Assembly (NCBI GenBank): GCA_907165135.1
Contig: OU015567.1
Location: forward strand, 5,022,001 to 5,086,000
Reading direction: 5' to 3'
Source: Oikopleura dioica
Taxonomy: Eukaryota; Animalia; Chordata
Length of the DNA: 64,000 nucleotides
Part shown: positions 36,299-47,960 of the stretch, one piece after another
Position numbering within the stretch: the first letter of the stretch is position 1
Layout: each line of letters starts with the position of its first letter
Position numbers and translations under genes: made by a program
The notes under the pieces: model-generated
Databases searched by the model: none
What the model was told of the DNA's origin: nothing
The model's input: only the letters and a program-made list of their open reading frames with translations

Positions 36299-39042
36299 AT
36301 GAAGGTAAGAGTTTCAGATTTTCAAAATTTTTTTCGAGCAAAATCTTTGTTAAGGATATAGCCTGTAAAATTCAACTTTTGTAGCGGCTAAACGCGAGGT
36401 CGGATCTTTTTCATTTCAAGTGCAATCCTACCTAAAAATGGACGGAGAATTCAATTTTGGTACTTTTTTAAAATTGTTTACTCGAATTTTTCTCTCTAGA
36501 GCGATTTGAAATCTTACGATCGCGATTCCTCGAAAATTTTTCACTAAATCGGTCGAGTTTTTTCGATAGATAGGTTCTTTAGACCTTTATCTACAAAATT
36601 GACGGTTCAGTTTTCTCTAAATCCGAAAGAAACCGATTTTACAGCCATTTCCATGAGGCTAACTCAGCGCGCAGAAGCTATGAAAAGCGCTGCGCTCGGT
36701 GCTCGCTCTCTCGCCTCCTCTTTTCCGGGAGAGCGTGAGAGTTTTTGCGAGCGCTTTGATTGGCTGCACGCGATAAAGCGCGCAGGGAAGAAAAGCAAGA
36801 GCAAGAAAGAGGAGAATACTAGAATGAAAATATGACCGAGTTTGAGAATTTTATTCCCTCAATTTTCTAGCTTTGCATCATGACAACAGAGAACACGGTT
36901 TTGTTTTAGCAAATTAGTGGAAAAATTTTGAGAAATCGCGATCGTAAGATTTCAAATCGCTCTAGAGAGAAAAATTCTAGTAAACAATTTTAAAAAAGTA
37001 CCAAAATTGAATTCTCCGTCCATTTTTAGGTAGGATTGCACTTGAAATGAAAAAGATCCGACCTCGCGTTTAGCCGCTACGAAAGTTGAATTTTACAGGC
37101 TATATCCTTAAGGACCCCCCTCAGTCAGCTTTTTTTGAAAAATCAAATTTCGGAATTTAATATTTCTGACCCCGGAAACGGATTCTACGGATCAAAAACG
37201 ATTCTGAGGCTTCATTTTTTGGGGGTCTATCTCGACTCCTTCACCCTTAAAATCGCTTTTGAAAATTGGGAATTTCGCCGAAAATTGACGAATTTGCCCT
37301 AATTTTTGCAAAAATGTTCATTTTTCTTGGTCAAATCTTCGTTTTATCAGGTTTTTGAAGCAAGTCTAATTTCAGGACGCATTAAGAACCAAAAATATGG
37401 TGTTTTTAAAATTTCAATTTTCGGAGGAAAAAGCTGACGGGGGGGGGGGTCCCTAATAAATAACACAAAAAATCTCATTTTTTTTCATTTCATTTTTTTT
37501 TGCTAGCTTTTTGCCATTCTCGCTGCCTCTGTTTCCGCGAATTGTGGAGGACAGATCACAACTGAGCAGCGAATCTACTCCCCGGGTTGGCCAGGAGACT
37601 ATGGAGCATTTGAAAGTTGCTTATGGGAAATCGACCTTGGGGACATCTACGGCTTCAACCTCATTCCTCACCATTTTGATGTCGAAAGCTTCGGAACCTG
37701 CGGCTGGGACTACTTGATGATCTCTGCCAACGATGACGGCGGCATCTATTGTGGCTACAACTCGGTTGCTCGAAAACGACGCCAAATCGAAGAAATCGCC
37801 GGAGTGCAGAAAAAGTCGCCAGCTCCGCGGACCGGCGCGGCAAGTCGATTCGGAGTTTCCACCGCTGGAATGCCCACGTACTTCGTCTCAGGAGGCCAAG
37901 CGCAGATCCTGTTTGAGACTGACGATCTTGACTTCTACAGCGGATTTGAAATCGAGATTCAAATCGTTGAGCCACCAACAACAACAGCCGCTTTCACAAC
38001 AACAACAACGTCGACAACAACTGTTGCACCGATCGACTGTCCAAACAGTGCCTGGGAGCCGAACTCAGCAAACACTGCCTGCTCACCCATCGATTTAACC
38101 GTTCAGTAAGTTGAAAACAAAAAAAAATTTCATCAAAATTTGAAAATCTGAAAATTCTTCAATCGAAATTAGGTGCGATTCAACTGAAATCACCATCTCC
38201 GCCCACGTCGATCACCTCTACGCAAATCTGCCTTCCACCCTCTACGGCGATGTCCGGCTAAACATAGGAGACTGCACTGGAAACAATGCTCCCGACGCGA
38301 ACGGATGGATGACTGAAACTTTCAGCTTGGGAACATGCGGCGGCGATGTCACTCAATCCAGCCAAATCAACGTTTCCTGGGACGGACGAGGTCCTCCCGA
38401 AGTCATCATGCAAGACGGTGTCTACGTCTCGTCGATTCTTGGCTTCAAAGCCGAGTGCATTTACTCGAGCGAGATCAGCCTCATGGCCGATCCCTTTTCA
38501 GTCGATCAGATTGAGTCAACAGCTGCACCAGTAACGAACACGAGCAACTTTGATGATCACTTCGAGTTGAACATCTTCAGCGATAACTTCTTCTCCGTTG
38601 AAGCTGCTGGCGTCAATATCGGTAAAGAACGACATCTTTTTTCCCGTTTCCTGAAATATTTTTTCTAGGCGAGACACTTTTTGGTTCCGTCACTTCCAAC
38701 CTCAATCTTGGTTCCCTATCTTACGATTACCAGGTACAGGAAAACTCAATAATCCCCCCTTATCGCCTTCAGATCACAAAATGCACCGCCTACGACAGCG
38801 CCAACATGGATGGACTTAGCTACGACATCCTCGCCGATCACTGCTCTCCCTCCACCGCCGTCGCTTTTGACGACGCTGATCTTGAGGGCGGCTCTGGTGA
38901 TGACTCAGCAGACTTCTCCTTCACCAGCTTTACGTTCAGCACTGACGATGAAACTCTCCACATTGAGTGCGACGTGAAAATCTGTGTCCGAGGCGCGAAC
39001 GGCGCTCTTTTGGACTCGTCCTGTCCTACTTCCTGTCTTTAA
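36299..39042 (+). CDS. Secreted CUB + ZP domain protein (paralog 2)
   Basis: MK|LFAILAASVSA, CUB (TPGWPGDYGAFESCLWEI...FETDDLDFYSGF), Thr linker, ZP (FSFTSFTF...LHIECDVKIC). Intron positions match paralog 1. Confidence 0.8.
36354..37107. mobile_element. Kolobok-like element with about 190-bp near-perfect TIRs
   Basis: TTAA|ggatatagcctgtaaaattcaac ... gttgaattttacaggctatatcc|TTAA. Confidence 0.9.
37112..37453. mobile_element. Kolobok-like MITE, GGACCCCC family
   Basis: TTAA|ggacccccctcagtcagctttt ... aaaagctgacggggggggggtcc|CTAA. Confidence 0.8.
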
Positions 39043-39516
39043 ATTCGTTTCTTGACACTAAGATTTCAAAAAATAAATCAGCATCGAAAGAGATCTCTAT
39101 CATCGTTAAAAACTGGTCTTCCAGGAATAGGGGTCTTCCAGCAGTAGGGGTCCTCCAGAGGTCCTCCTGGATTCATGTGATGAATATTTATTCAAAATAT
39201 TTTGATATTTATGAGTCATAGGTAAATTATCTCCATCTTCAATCAGTTCTGTCTTCCACCAGAGAAAAGTCCTCCATCAGGTATGGGAAAAAACTAAAAT
39301 GCGCGCTGAATAGTCAAAATCGCCGGCCGGGACCACTGACTCCGTCGTGAAATCTGTCAACCTCGGTAAATGACCAAAAGCATGCTTTTGATGAGTGATC
39401 CTCAGATAATTTATTTACCCGTAATCTAATGCGCGGTCCAAAAATATACTTTGCGGTTTCGATGCATCTATCTTCCTGGGACCTTAGAATCGACTTGTCT
39501 TGGCTCATTCCTAAAA

Positions 39517-41681
39517 ATGAAACTTTTCGGAACAGCTCTTCTCGCGTCTGCGGTTGTCGCTGAGTACGATTACTACGAGGGAGAAAGAGGAAAGAAAAAG
39601 GGAGGCAAGGGCAAGAAGCCAGCGAAAAGAGATGCGTGCGGTTGTGATTTGAATCCGAGAAATGCACCTGATGCAGTTCCGACTTGTGTTGACGACAGTA
39701 GCAAAAGAAAGGTTATTGATTGGACTTGTGCTGCTACAGGTTTGTTCTTTGAAATCAACAACGACTTGAGCACTAATTCAAGGTCTCGTTGAGCGAACGG
39801 AAACAAAATGCAAGCGCCTGAGAAAAAGGACCTTGCTGAACCTTGTGGAGATCTCGGCTGCCGTTGCGCTTCTGAACTCGCTGCTTTTTCTGCGACTGTG
39901 TCTGGTTCTGCCATTCAATGCCGTCGGGGAGGCAAGAAGACTCTCTACAAGTTCTTCTGCGATGACGATGGTGATGGCGTTTTCGATCAAGGAGAAGCAA
40001 ACCAAATCAACCGGGTAAAATGCAAAAATGGCGAGCTCCGAAGAAACAAGTTCACGCTCACCTGCGGCGGCGGCGGCGGCGGTGGTGGCGCTGGAGGTGG
40101 TGCTATCACTCAAAATGCTGATGGTACTGGAGGAACTCCACCAGCGATCAAATCATATGTCACTGTCGATGAAAATAGTTCCCCAACAACGATTGGTGTC
40201 AACGCGAAAGCAATTGATGCTGATCTTTCTGCGTAAGTAATCCCTTTTTTTCATAGGAAATCAAAAATTTTAGTGATGGTGGTTTCATTGCCGCGGGTTT
40301 ATCGGTCGCCAACGAGTCCTCAACTGTCCGACAATTCTTCGTCACCAAGATCAAGACCTGCTCCGACAAGACCCAATACACCAATCCTCTGGGAACCATT
40401 CTTACTGGCGCGGGAGCAGACTGCGCTCAGAACTTTGACTGGAGCTTCTTAAAAACCGGAAACGCTTGCAACGCTGTAACCGTAAAAGAATCGCTTGACG
40501 GAACATACGTTCTCGCAGCTGGTCTTCATCAGTCCACCGGCGTCGCAGGTACTTACAATGGATACGTAGTCAAGCTCGATGCTTCGACTGGATCGATGAT
40601 CTGGGAATTCGATTACACGACGGATGTGGGAGCGCGCTCTGGATTCGAAACGCTTCATTTGACCTCGGATGGCGGATTTGTTGTCGGAGGATTCATCAAT
40701 CGAGGAAATTCCGAGTACCCAACCTTCAAGTCTGGTGGTCAAGTCGACGATGGAACTCCTGTTTTGATGAAATTCTCCAACACCATCGCCAGCAGCTCCT
40801 CAGTCAGCTCGCCCGAGCCCGACTGGAAATACGTCTGCGATGGATCGAACAAATCTTGCAATCTCAACGATGGTTCGATGAAAAACATGCGCGTTTACAC
40901 CGATAACGCGGGTGAGAATATCGTTGCCTTGCCAACTTCGAGGAGCATTCTCTGCGTCGTTAGTGCTGCAACTGGCGTGGAAATTGCCTATTCCGGGGAC
41001 GCAAAGACCAACGGTTTCGTCGGCGATGGCACTGCAAACGACATTGAAGTCGTCATCGACGGCGACGGCGAAGTAGAAGGCTACGTCGTCACCGGTCTAA
41101 GAGACAAGAAAATCAGCAGCGATGGTGGAATCACATGCTCTGGTGATGGATGCAAAGTCATCGATGGTTTCATCGCCAAGTACAAACCTGATCTGTCCGG
41201 GAAGATTTGGGACACGCTTCTTCCCACTTCTACCTGGCCCGGTGGAATCAATCAATTTGCCGGCACACAGGCTACTTTTGAAAGTTTGGTCTACACGGAG
41301 TGCTGGGGAATGGACAAAGTCAAGGATACGAGTGGCAATCATGTCGGCTTCGTAGCTGCTTGTGGAACTGGTATTGAACCTGGCTGTGGAATCCACCCTG
41401 GGGTAGGTTTTTCCGTTTTTTTAAGAAAAATAATGATTCAGGCGATCGGAACTGCTTGCACAACGGATCCCCGAACCGCCTGGCGAGGCGCAATCGTAAG
41501 ATTTGATCTGAACGGAAATCTTGTTTGGTACAGAATGGACTCCTTCAACGCCGGATCGGGAACCTCCGGCGAGTCCGCTTCGGAATACATCTTCCAAGAC
41601 GCCAATGGCAACATCGTCTCCCTGACCGATGAGGGATTCGGCGGCTTTGGATTTGAAACTCTCGAGCTAGAGAGCTTTTAG
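39517..41681 (+). CDS. Secreted protein: Lys/Cys-rich N-terminal modules, Gly linker, beta-propeller-like C-terminal domain
   Basis: Signal MKLFGTALLASAVVA, GERGKKK, poly-Gly, repeated blades DGGFVVGG, YVVKLDASTGSMIW, FIAKYKPDLSGKIW, IVRFDLNGNLVW. Confidence 0.75.
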
Positions 41682-42532
41682 ATTCGATTCTTTTTTTTTC
41701 TGATAAAATGAATAAAATATTCTTGCTGACAATTTTAAAAGCCAGAATTCTTGAATCTTCCGGATCCGGTTAAATCCCCGTTCAAATTAGACTAATTCTG
41801 ATGATCGGTGTTTATCTGAGTACGCAGGGTTATAAGATTATTGATAATCTCGGCGGGTGATCAGTTTTATCGGATAATTAGCTGATGGTGCTAAGGATGT
41901 CTGAAAATGAATACTTAAGGTAAAAGAAAGAACTTTCTTATCTCAAATTGACTTTACTTAGTATCCGAATCAAAGCTCTTCTTCTTATCACTATTTTTGA
42001 TAACGATTTGGTATGTATATCAAATTTTTCACAAGCAAGATTTTCCATCAGTTTTCTGAGCGATAATTTGGACCAATGAGAAACAAAATTTGTCTGTGTA
42101 CTTTGGTTGTTGATAAGAATACTCATTTTTTTCGCGAAAAGGTCTCTTATCAGTAAAAACATGCGGGCGAAAGAGGATCGGCGACCGCAGGTGAATTGCA
42201 AGCGAATTTGTTCCTCCGATTTTTTTGACAAATCTGCTCTGAGGACGCCACACTCAAGAAAAACGTGATTGAAAATTTTTTCTTGAAAAAATTGGAATTT
42301 CTCATTGTTGATTTCTCAAAATTGCGGGAAAGAGAGAGAGCTCGGAGGGTTGATTTTTAATTTGTGGAATGGGAATGTGGAATGGCTCTTTGGCATTTGC
42401 GGTGCGCTGAAATGTAAATGTCCTGGATAAAAAGGGACCCTTTCTACAGAGAGTGGACGCTCGCGCCCGCCGGCAAAGTTCTGAATCCGGAATCTACTTT
42501 GCGCCCGACGAGCTTTTCATTCTTGTCAGCGC

Positions 42533-42969
42533 TAGGGTGCCCGGCCTGTTTTGGGAAGAAATAAAGGTTCGTGCTAAAAAGTCTTGAAATTTGCGAAAAA
42601 AATCGAAGAAAATATTAAATTTTATTGAGAATTCTCAATTTTTAGTCTTTCAGAAAAGTGGATATTCAAAAGATGGAAAGTTATTTATGGGTTTTCATTT
42701 TAATGATTCTTATTTTGTCGATTTTGTCGATTTGTGTCATTTTTGTCAGTTTTGTCAATTTTGTCAGTTTTTGTCAATTTTGTCAATTTTTGTCAATTTT
42801 GTCAATTTTTGTCAAATTTGTCAATTTTTGTCAATTTTGTCGAATTTGTCAATTTTGTCGATTTTGTCAATTTTTGTCAATTTTGTCAATTTTTGTCAAT
42901 TTTTGTCAAACTCTAAGGAGATGCAGAAATCAAGTCAAAATTCATCATTTTAAACCCCGGCGCACCCTA
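42533..42969. mobile_element. MITE-like element with TAGGGTGC ends enclosing a minisatellite
   Basis: tagggtgcccgg / ccggcgcacccta inverted ends. No clear TSD. Confidence 0.5.
42714..42909. repeat. 9-10 bp tandem repeat (TTTTGTCAA)n
   Basis: Direct reading, about 20 units. Confidence 0.95.
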
Positions 42970-43322
42970 ATCGCAAAAGGACCGCGAAAAGAGAGAGAGA
43001 GAGTCCCCGCGCGTGCGACTCCACCTACCGACATTATCGTCCGCGCAAAATCATCCTCTTTAGTTTCGCTGCATAAGCGAAAATCCCTGCTCATTAAAAA
43101 CTTCGTGGTTTTTCAACAATCCTCACAACAATCAAAATAAACGAAAATTAGAAATGTTCCGAGAGATATTTCTGCATTTTCTTCTTTGTCAAAGAGAGAT
43201 AGCAGCAGCGAACATTTGCCAAGAAGTCGGAAATATTCAAGTTCAAAAAGAAGAAAGAATTTTCATTCAGCGAAGGGTTGAAAAAATGACGTTTTTATAA
43301 GAAAATAAAAAAATGGTCCTAA

Positions 43323-44407
43323 GGGTGTCCACGCCGTTAATTCTATTTTTCATTGTGACGCCCTTAATTGTCTTTCAATTAATCAGCTTCATACCCTTAA
43401 TAATTGGTACCCTTAATTTTCTTTTGATCAAGCTCTTTATTTGTCTTTTAACGACCCTTGCCCCCTTAAAATCGTTCAAAAAGTCCCCAATTTCGGTTTT
43501 CTTATTGCCTTAAATTCTTTATTTCATTGTGACACCCTTATTCAACTCTTAGTTTATTTTCTACATATCCTTAATTTTCTTTTCGACTAGCTTTTTATTT
43601 GTTTTTTTACCGACCCTAAGCCGCTTAAAAGCGGTCAATAAGCCCCCAAGTTGACTGCCTTAACCTCACCGATACCCTTAAAAACGCAAAAATCAACCCT
43701 AAACAGCCAAAACGCTCAATTCAAAAAATCTCGGAAGACGACTTTTGTTCAATAAGGTAAAAAATATACGTACAGAAAAAAAGCACGGTGGTCCTTAAAA
43801 TCGCTTAAATAGCTTGTTAGTTTTAAAAATTACACGCTGCGCCCCGTCCAACGTGCTAATAAATGACCAATTCCGCGGCTTCATCAAGTGCCCCGCGCTC
43901 TGAAACTTTTTGAAAGTTCAGAAATTCGCACTTGAGATTTTTAAACTTTTGAAAATTTCAAAATTCCGACTTTTGAGTTCTGAAAAATTCGGAAATTTCG
44001 GAAATAGAATTTAAGTGGATTAAACTGACCGCGCGGTTAAAAAGTGGAAACTGTCGCTGTCACCCAATCAAAACAATTTATACCAGGGTGGAATCGATAA
44101 GATGCTTCAAAAGTAAACGCTCGAAGCTTATTTAGAAACAGCACCAAAGCAGCTCGTTTTTGAAAAAAGAAAAAAACGCCCTTTTCTAAGTAAAATTTAA
44201 AAATTTTTCAGAAAAAAAAATAATGAAATAATAAATAATAAAATAATGAAATTTCAAAAATGTGAATTATTAAAAAAAATTCTTAAGGGTGTCGCTTTGT
44301 TATTTTCACAAAAGTCTTTAAAATAAAACCAATGGGGATCCCCTTAAGGGATTTTCGGCAGAAAAACTTGAGTATTCGAAAAAAGATCTGTTATGATGGT
44401 GATACCC
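43323..44407. mobile_element. Possible Kolobok-like non-autonomous element
   Basis: CTAA|gggtgtccac ... gtgataccc|TTAA, with many internal gacaccctta/cccttaa motifs. Confidence 0.4.
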
Positions 44408-47400
44408 TTAAGAAATTTTCGTTAAATGAGCTAAGATTTTCTTAATTTTAAGTTTGAGAAAATATGATCTGTAAAAATCGTATTTTTAGACAGTGAGCAA
44501 GAGTCACTCTTTTTTTCTCGTTTAAAAATTAATCTGCTGACCGCTAGAATTTCTCTGCGTTCGTGAAAAATCTAGCAGACACTTCGTGCGCAAACGCAAA
44601 AGACATACCATTTGTCCTTAGCGAGTTAATCTCCATCCGAAAGTCGTTAGCCTTAGAGCTTATCTCGAGTATTTCTCCAGTGCCCCGAAAAAGTACTCAT
44701 AAATAGATACAGTAATGAAGAAAAAGGAGTTCAGGATAATATTTACCCAATCGAAGCGGGGATTATCGGGAGAAAATTTATTTTACGCGCTAAGGAGGCG
44801 CTTTCGGAAATGATATCAAAATAATCAGAATTTTGCGAAATTTCTGACTTCTAAAATTCAGGAAATTCAGTGGAATTACTAGTTAAAAATCGAATTTTCA
44901 AAAAAAAATTTGAAATTTTTAGTTTTGATACCCAAAATTTGGACTAAACCAATTTTCGGAAGTGAGTTTTTGATAACCAATAAGATTGCAGTATTTGGCT
45001 TACCGGCCAATCAAAACCCTTTCCATAAAAATCTATTCCAAAAATTTGTTCTACCACAAAATTAGACCCAAAATTTGACCCTAAAAATGAACCTTATTTT
45101 CAAAAAATTTCGAGTCGAAAAGAGCTATTTCCTTGAGAATGCGCTCCATTCTCTTATCATCGAAGCACAGCGGGAGCGCGCGCTTATCATAGGAATGCGC
45201 AACAGCATATCTGAATTCATGTCACATGACATGAATTTGACAATTTTCCGAATTCGCAAAATTTGAAAAAAGACCATCCGCGGTTCATTTTTCTTTCTTG
45301 AGCGGCGCCTAGACGCGGCAGCTTTGAATAAATTTAAATCAAGATGGAGCAATTTAGAGCCAATCAGTGGTCGGACACGTAAAATGAGTTGTCATGAAAA
45401 AAAAAATTTTTTTGACATAAAAAAGCCATGTCTCAAAAATCTCAAAACTGAGATGAAAAATTCGACTAAAATTTTTTTTCGACTCAAATTTGACAATAAT
45501 TGTCAATTTTTTTTGAAAATTCGAGCCGACATCCCAAAATTTTTTTCGAAAAATTCTTTGGTCAACTTCCCTTATCAGTTCCAAATCAACTGATAAGCGC
45601 CGTGGCCGAAAATCAGATCCACTGAAAATGCGCGGTTTTGGCATTTTGACACGCACGTTTTGTTTCCCGTCAAAAATGCCACCGCGGGTGACCTCCTTAG
45701 CGGAACCACTGGAGCTTTAATTTTAGTCTTTTTTAAAATTATTTTTTAGATTTTCTTCAAGCGACGTTTTTCAACTCAATTTCGAAGACGCCGAAATTTG
45801 CGAAAAGATTGAAGAATCGCCGGATTATTTAAAAATAGAAAAAGTCGGATGCAAAATTTTTGTATTCGCAAATGAAGGAATGGCGTTTTAAAACTTTAAA
45901 GGGCCGAAAAACGGAAGGAGAATTACCGACCTCGCCCGCAAAAGGAAATTGCCACCCCCGAAATTCCGCGCTTGTTGTTTTGCTTCTGAGTTTTCAGCAG
46001 GCTTTGCTCTAGAATTAGATATAATCAACAGGTTTCTGAGTCTCCCCCTCATTTTATTGAAATTTGTTAAATATTCAAAAAAATGAATAATTAAAAAAAT
46101 AATTAAAAAAAGTAATTATTTTAAAAATAATAATTATTTTATTATTAAAGTGATTTTTTATTAGAATTAAATAAATTAAAAAAAATAAAATAAATAATGA
46201 ATAAATAATAAATAATTTTATAAAATTTTAAATCGCCAAAAAGTCAATTTCAAATTTCCCGCCCAAATTTCTTCGATTGAAATTTCCATTCTTCCGCTTT
46301 CCAATTCTGACTTCTCGAGTTATTCCGAATCTCGACTGAGAAGAGCGACATTTGCTGCGCAAAGAAGCAATGATGATTCTGTCGCTTCTGGTCCGGATGA
46401 AAAGACTTTGGACTGGGCGGTTTACATAGGAATGGTTCTGGAAAAAGAAATTTCTGGGAAGACAGGGAAAGAAGAAAGAAAGATACTCTTCCGGAAGGGT
46501 GTTTTTGTAAAATGAGACAGCTGCCAATCAGACATTGATTGATAAGCGCCCCTAGAATGATTGACGATTTTGAAGATCTTGAAAAACTTTTTTTCTCGAA
46601 AAAATATGAGTTTTTCGAAAAAATTTTTCGAGAAAAGTTCCGAATTTTTAAATTCGAGAAATCCTTTGCGGCTTCGAAAATAATAAGAAAAAAGCCGCGC
46701 AAATGCGGCTCCTCAAATTATCACTCGAAGCTGCGAGCGGCTTCTTGAATTTTTGCGGAGAATTTTTTCCAGAAATTTTTTTTTCCAGAACCGAAAAAAA
46801 GTCGTCTTCGTCTTGGTAATTTTGCCCGTCGGAGCAATTTTCTACTGTGCGTGTCAGGAACGGATCATCCCATTAGAACAGCCCTTCTTCCCTCTGCCCT
46901 TTCTTCTTGAGCTAGCTCCTTATCGCATTTCGTAACGGAGCGTAAAAGGAGAGAAAAAACGGTAGCGCAGTCGGGAGAAGCTCGGCTGATCCAATTACTT
47001 AGTCCCAAATGCACGCGGCAACGCATGGCATCACCGCTTCCCAGCGCGCTTCGGAGACGACTATTGGAGCTACTGGAAAGGAAAATGGTTGAAATTTCAT
47101 TTTCAAAAAATTTTAAAATTTTGAAAAAAAAAATTTTTTTTCTGAAAAAAAATTGAAAACCAAAAATAGACGATTTCGCAACAACCTATCACCACCGTCG
47201 GCTAACTGTAATTGACTGTAATTGAAGGAAAAACACTGACAAAGCAAAAACAACGTAGGAAGCGGTCGGCTTCGTTCTTCGACTTTCGAGCTTTTTGCAA
47301 AAGAATAAATAGCAGGCTCGAAGCGTTCAGAGTCGCTACCAAGTCAAAATCTTAAAGCCAACCGCACAAAAGAGCGCTGCCTAGTTCGTTACTCTTATGA

Positions 47401-47489
47401 CATTTAAATAGTATGCTTGCTTCTTTCTAACAAATAAAGTCCCGAACTATCTCATTTACTGGTTTATTACAGCTTTGATCGTCGAAAAT

Positions 47490-47621
47490 TGAATATTATG
47501 AGTCATTATTAATGAATCATTATATAATTTATGAGTCATAATATAATTTATGAGTCATAATTAAATTAATGAGTCAGAAATTATGGCTCTTCATTTATGA
47601 TTCATAATATGATTTATGACT
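47490..47621. repeat. AT-rich array of ATGAGTCAT-like motifs (continues at 51882-51950)
   Basis: At least 7 TGA(G/A/T/C)TCA-like motifs spaced 12-20 bp, interrupted by the LTR element. Confidence 0.85.
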
Positions 47622-47936
47622 TAGAGATTGTCGGAAATGCTGAATACGGACTTATGCCGGCGCATCGGCGCACACGAGCAAATATCGTAAACGACCCTCT
47701 CCGCGAATCCTCGGCACAACTCGACACTCTGACTTTTGACACTCTGACTTTTGACACTCTGAAACTGAGACACTCAAAAAGAGACTCCTTTTGATACACT
47801 CCACCCTTTGATACACTCAACCTAAATACAATCAACTGTAAACTAAATCGTGTTCGACTATGATTAGGCTTAAACAACCAGAGTAGCATTAGGCAACGCC
47901 GCCCGGCCATATATCCAGTAAATCAGACTATTTCTA
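47622..47936 (+). repeat. 5' LTR (315 bp)
   Basis: Identical to the 3' LTR by eye except A5 vs A4 in cactcaaaa(a)gagac. Ends TAGA...TCTA. Internal 15-bp repeat gacactctgactttt. Confidence 0.95.
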
Positions 47937-47938
47937 TC

Positions 47939-47949
47939 TGGTGACTTCG
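47939..47949 (+). other. Primer-binding site, probably tRNA-Trp
   Basis: TGGTGACTTCG, 2 nt after the 5' LTR. It resembles the tRNA-Trp PBS TGGTGACCCCG if two G:U pairs are allowed. Confidence 0.65.
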
Positions 47950-47960
47950 TAAAAACAATA

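Noticed and set aside
39805-39835. Apparent frameshift in the secreted propeller gene (KCKRLRK to KDLAEPC)
   Set aside because: One extra A in the A5 run restores the frame. A homopolymer assembly error is more likely than programmed frameshifting or a pseudogene.
42591-43140. Cys/Phe-rich ORFs (FCQFCQF...)
   Set aside because: Translation artefacts of the 9-bp minisatellite. The same applies to the ORFs at 54075-54423 and 57391-57612.
47597-47910. Short ORFs on both strands in the LTRs (also 51537-51855)
   Set aside because: They are driven by the internal 15-bp repeat, are altered by the 1-bp LTR indel, and show no protein motif.
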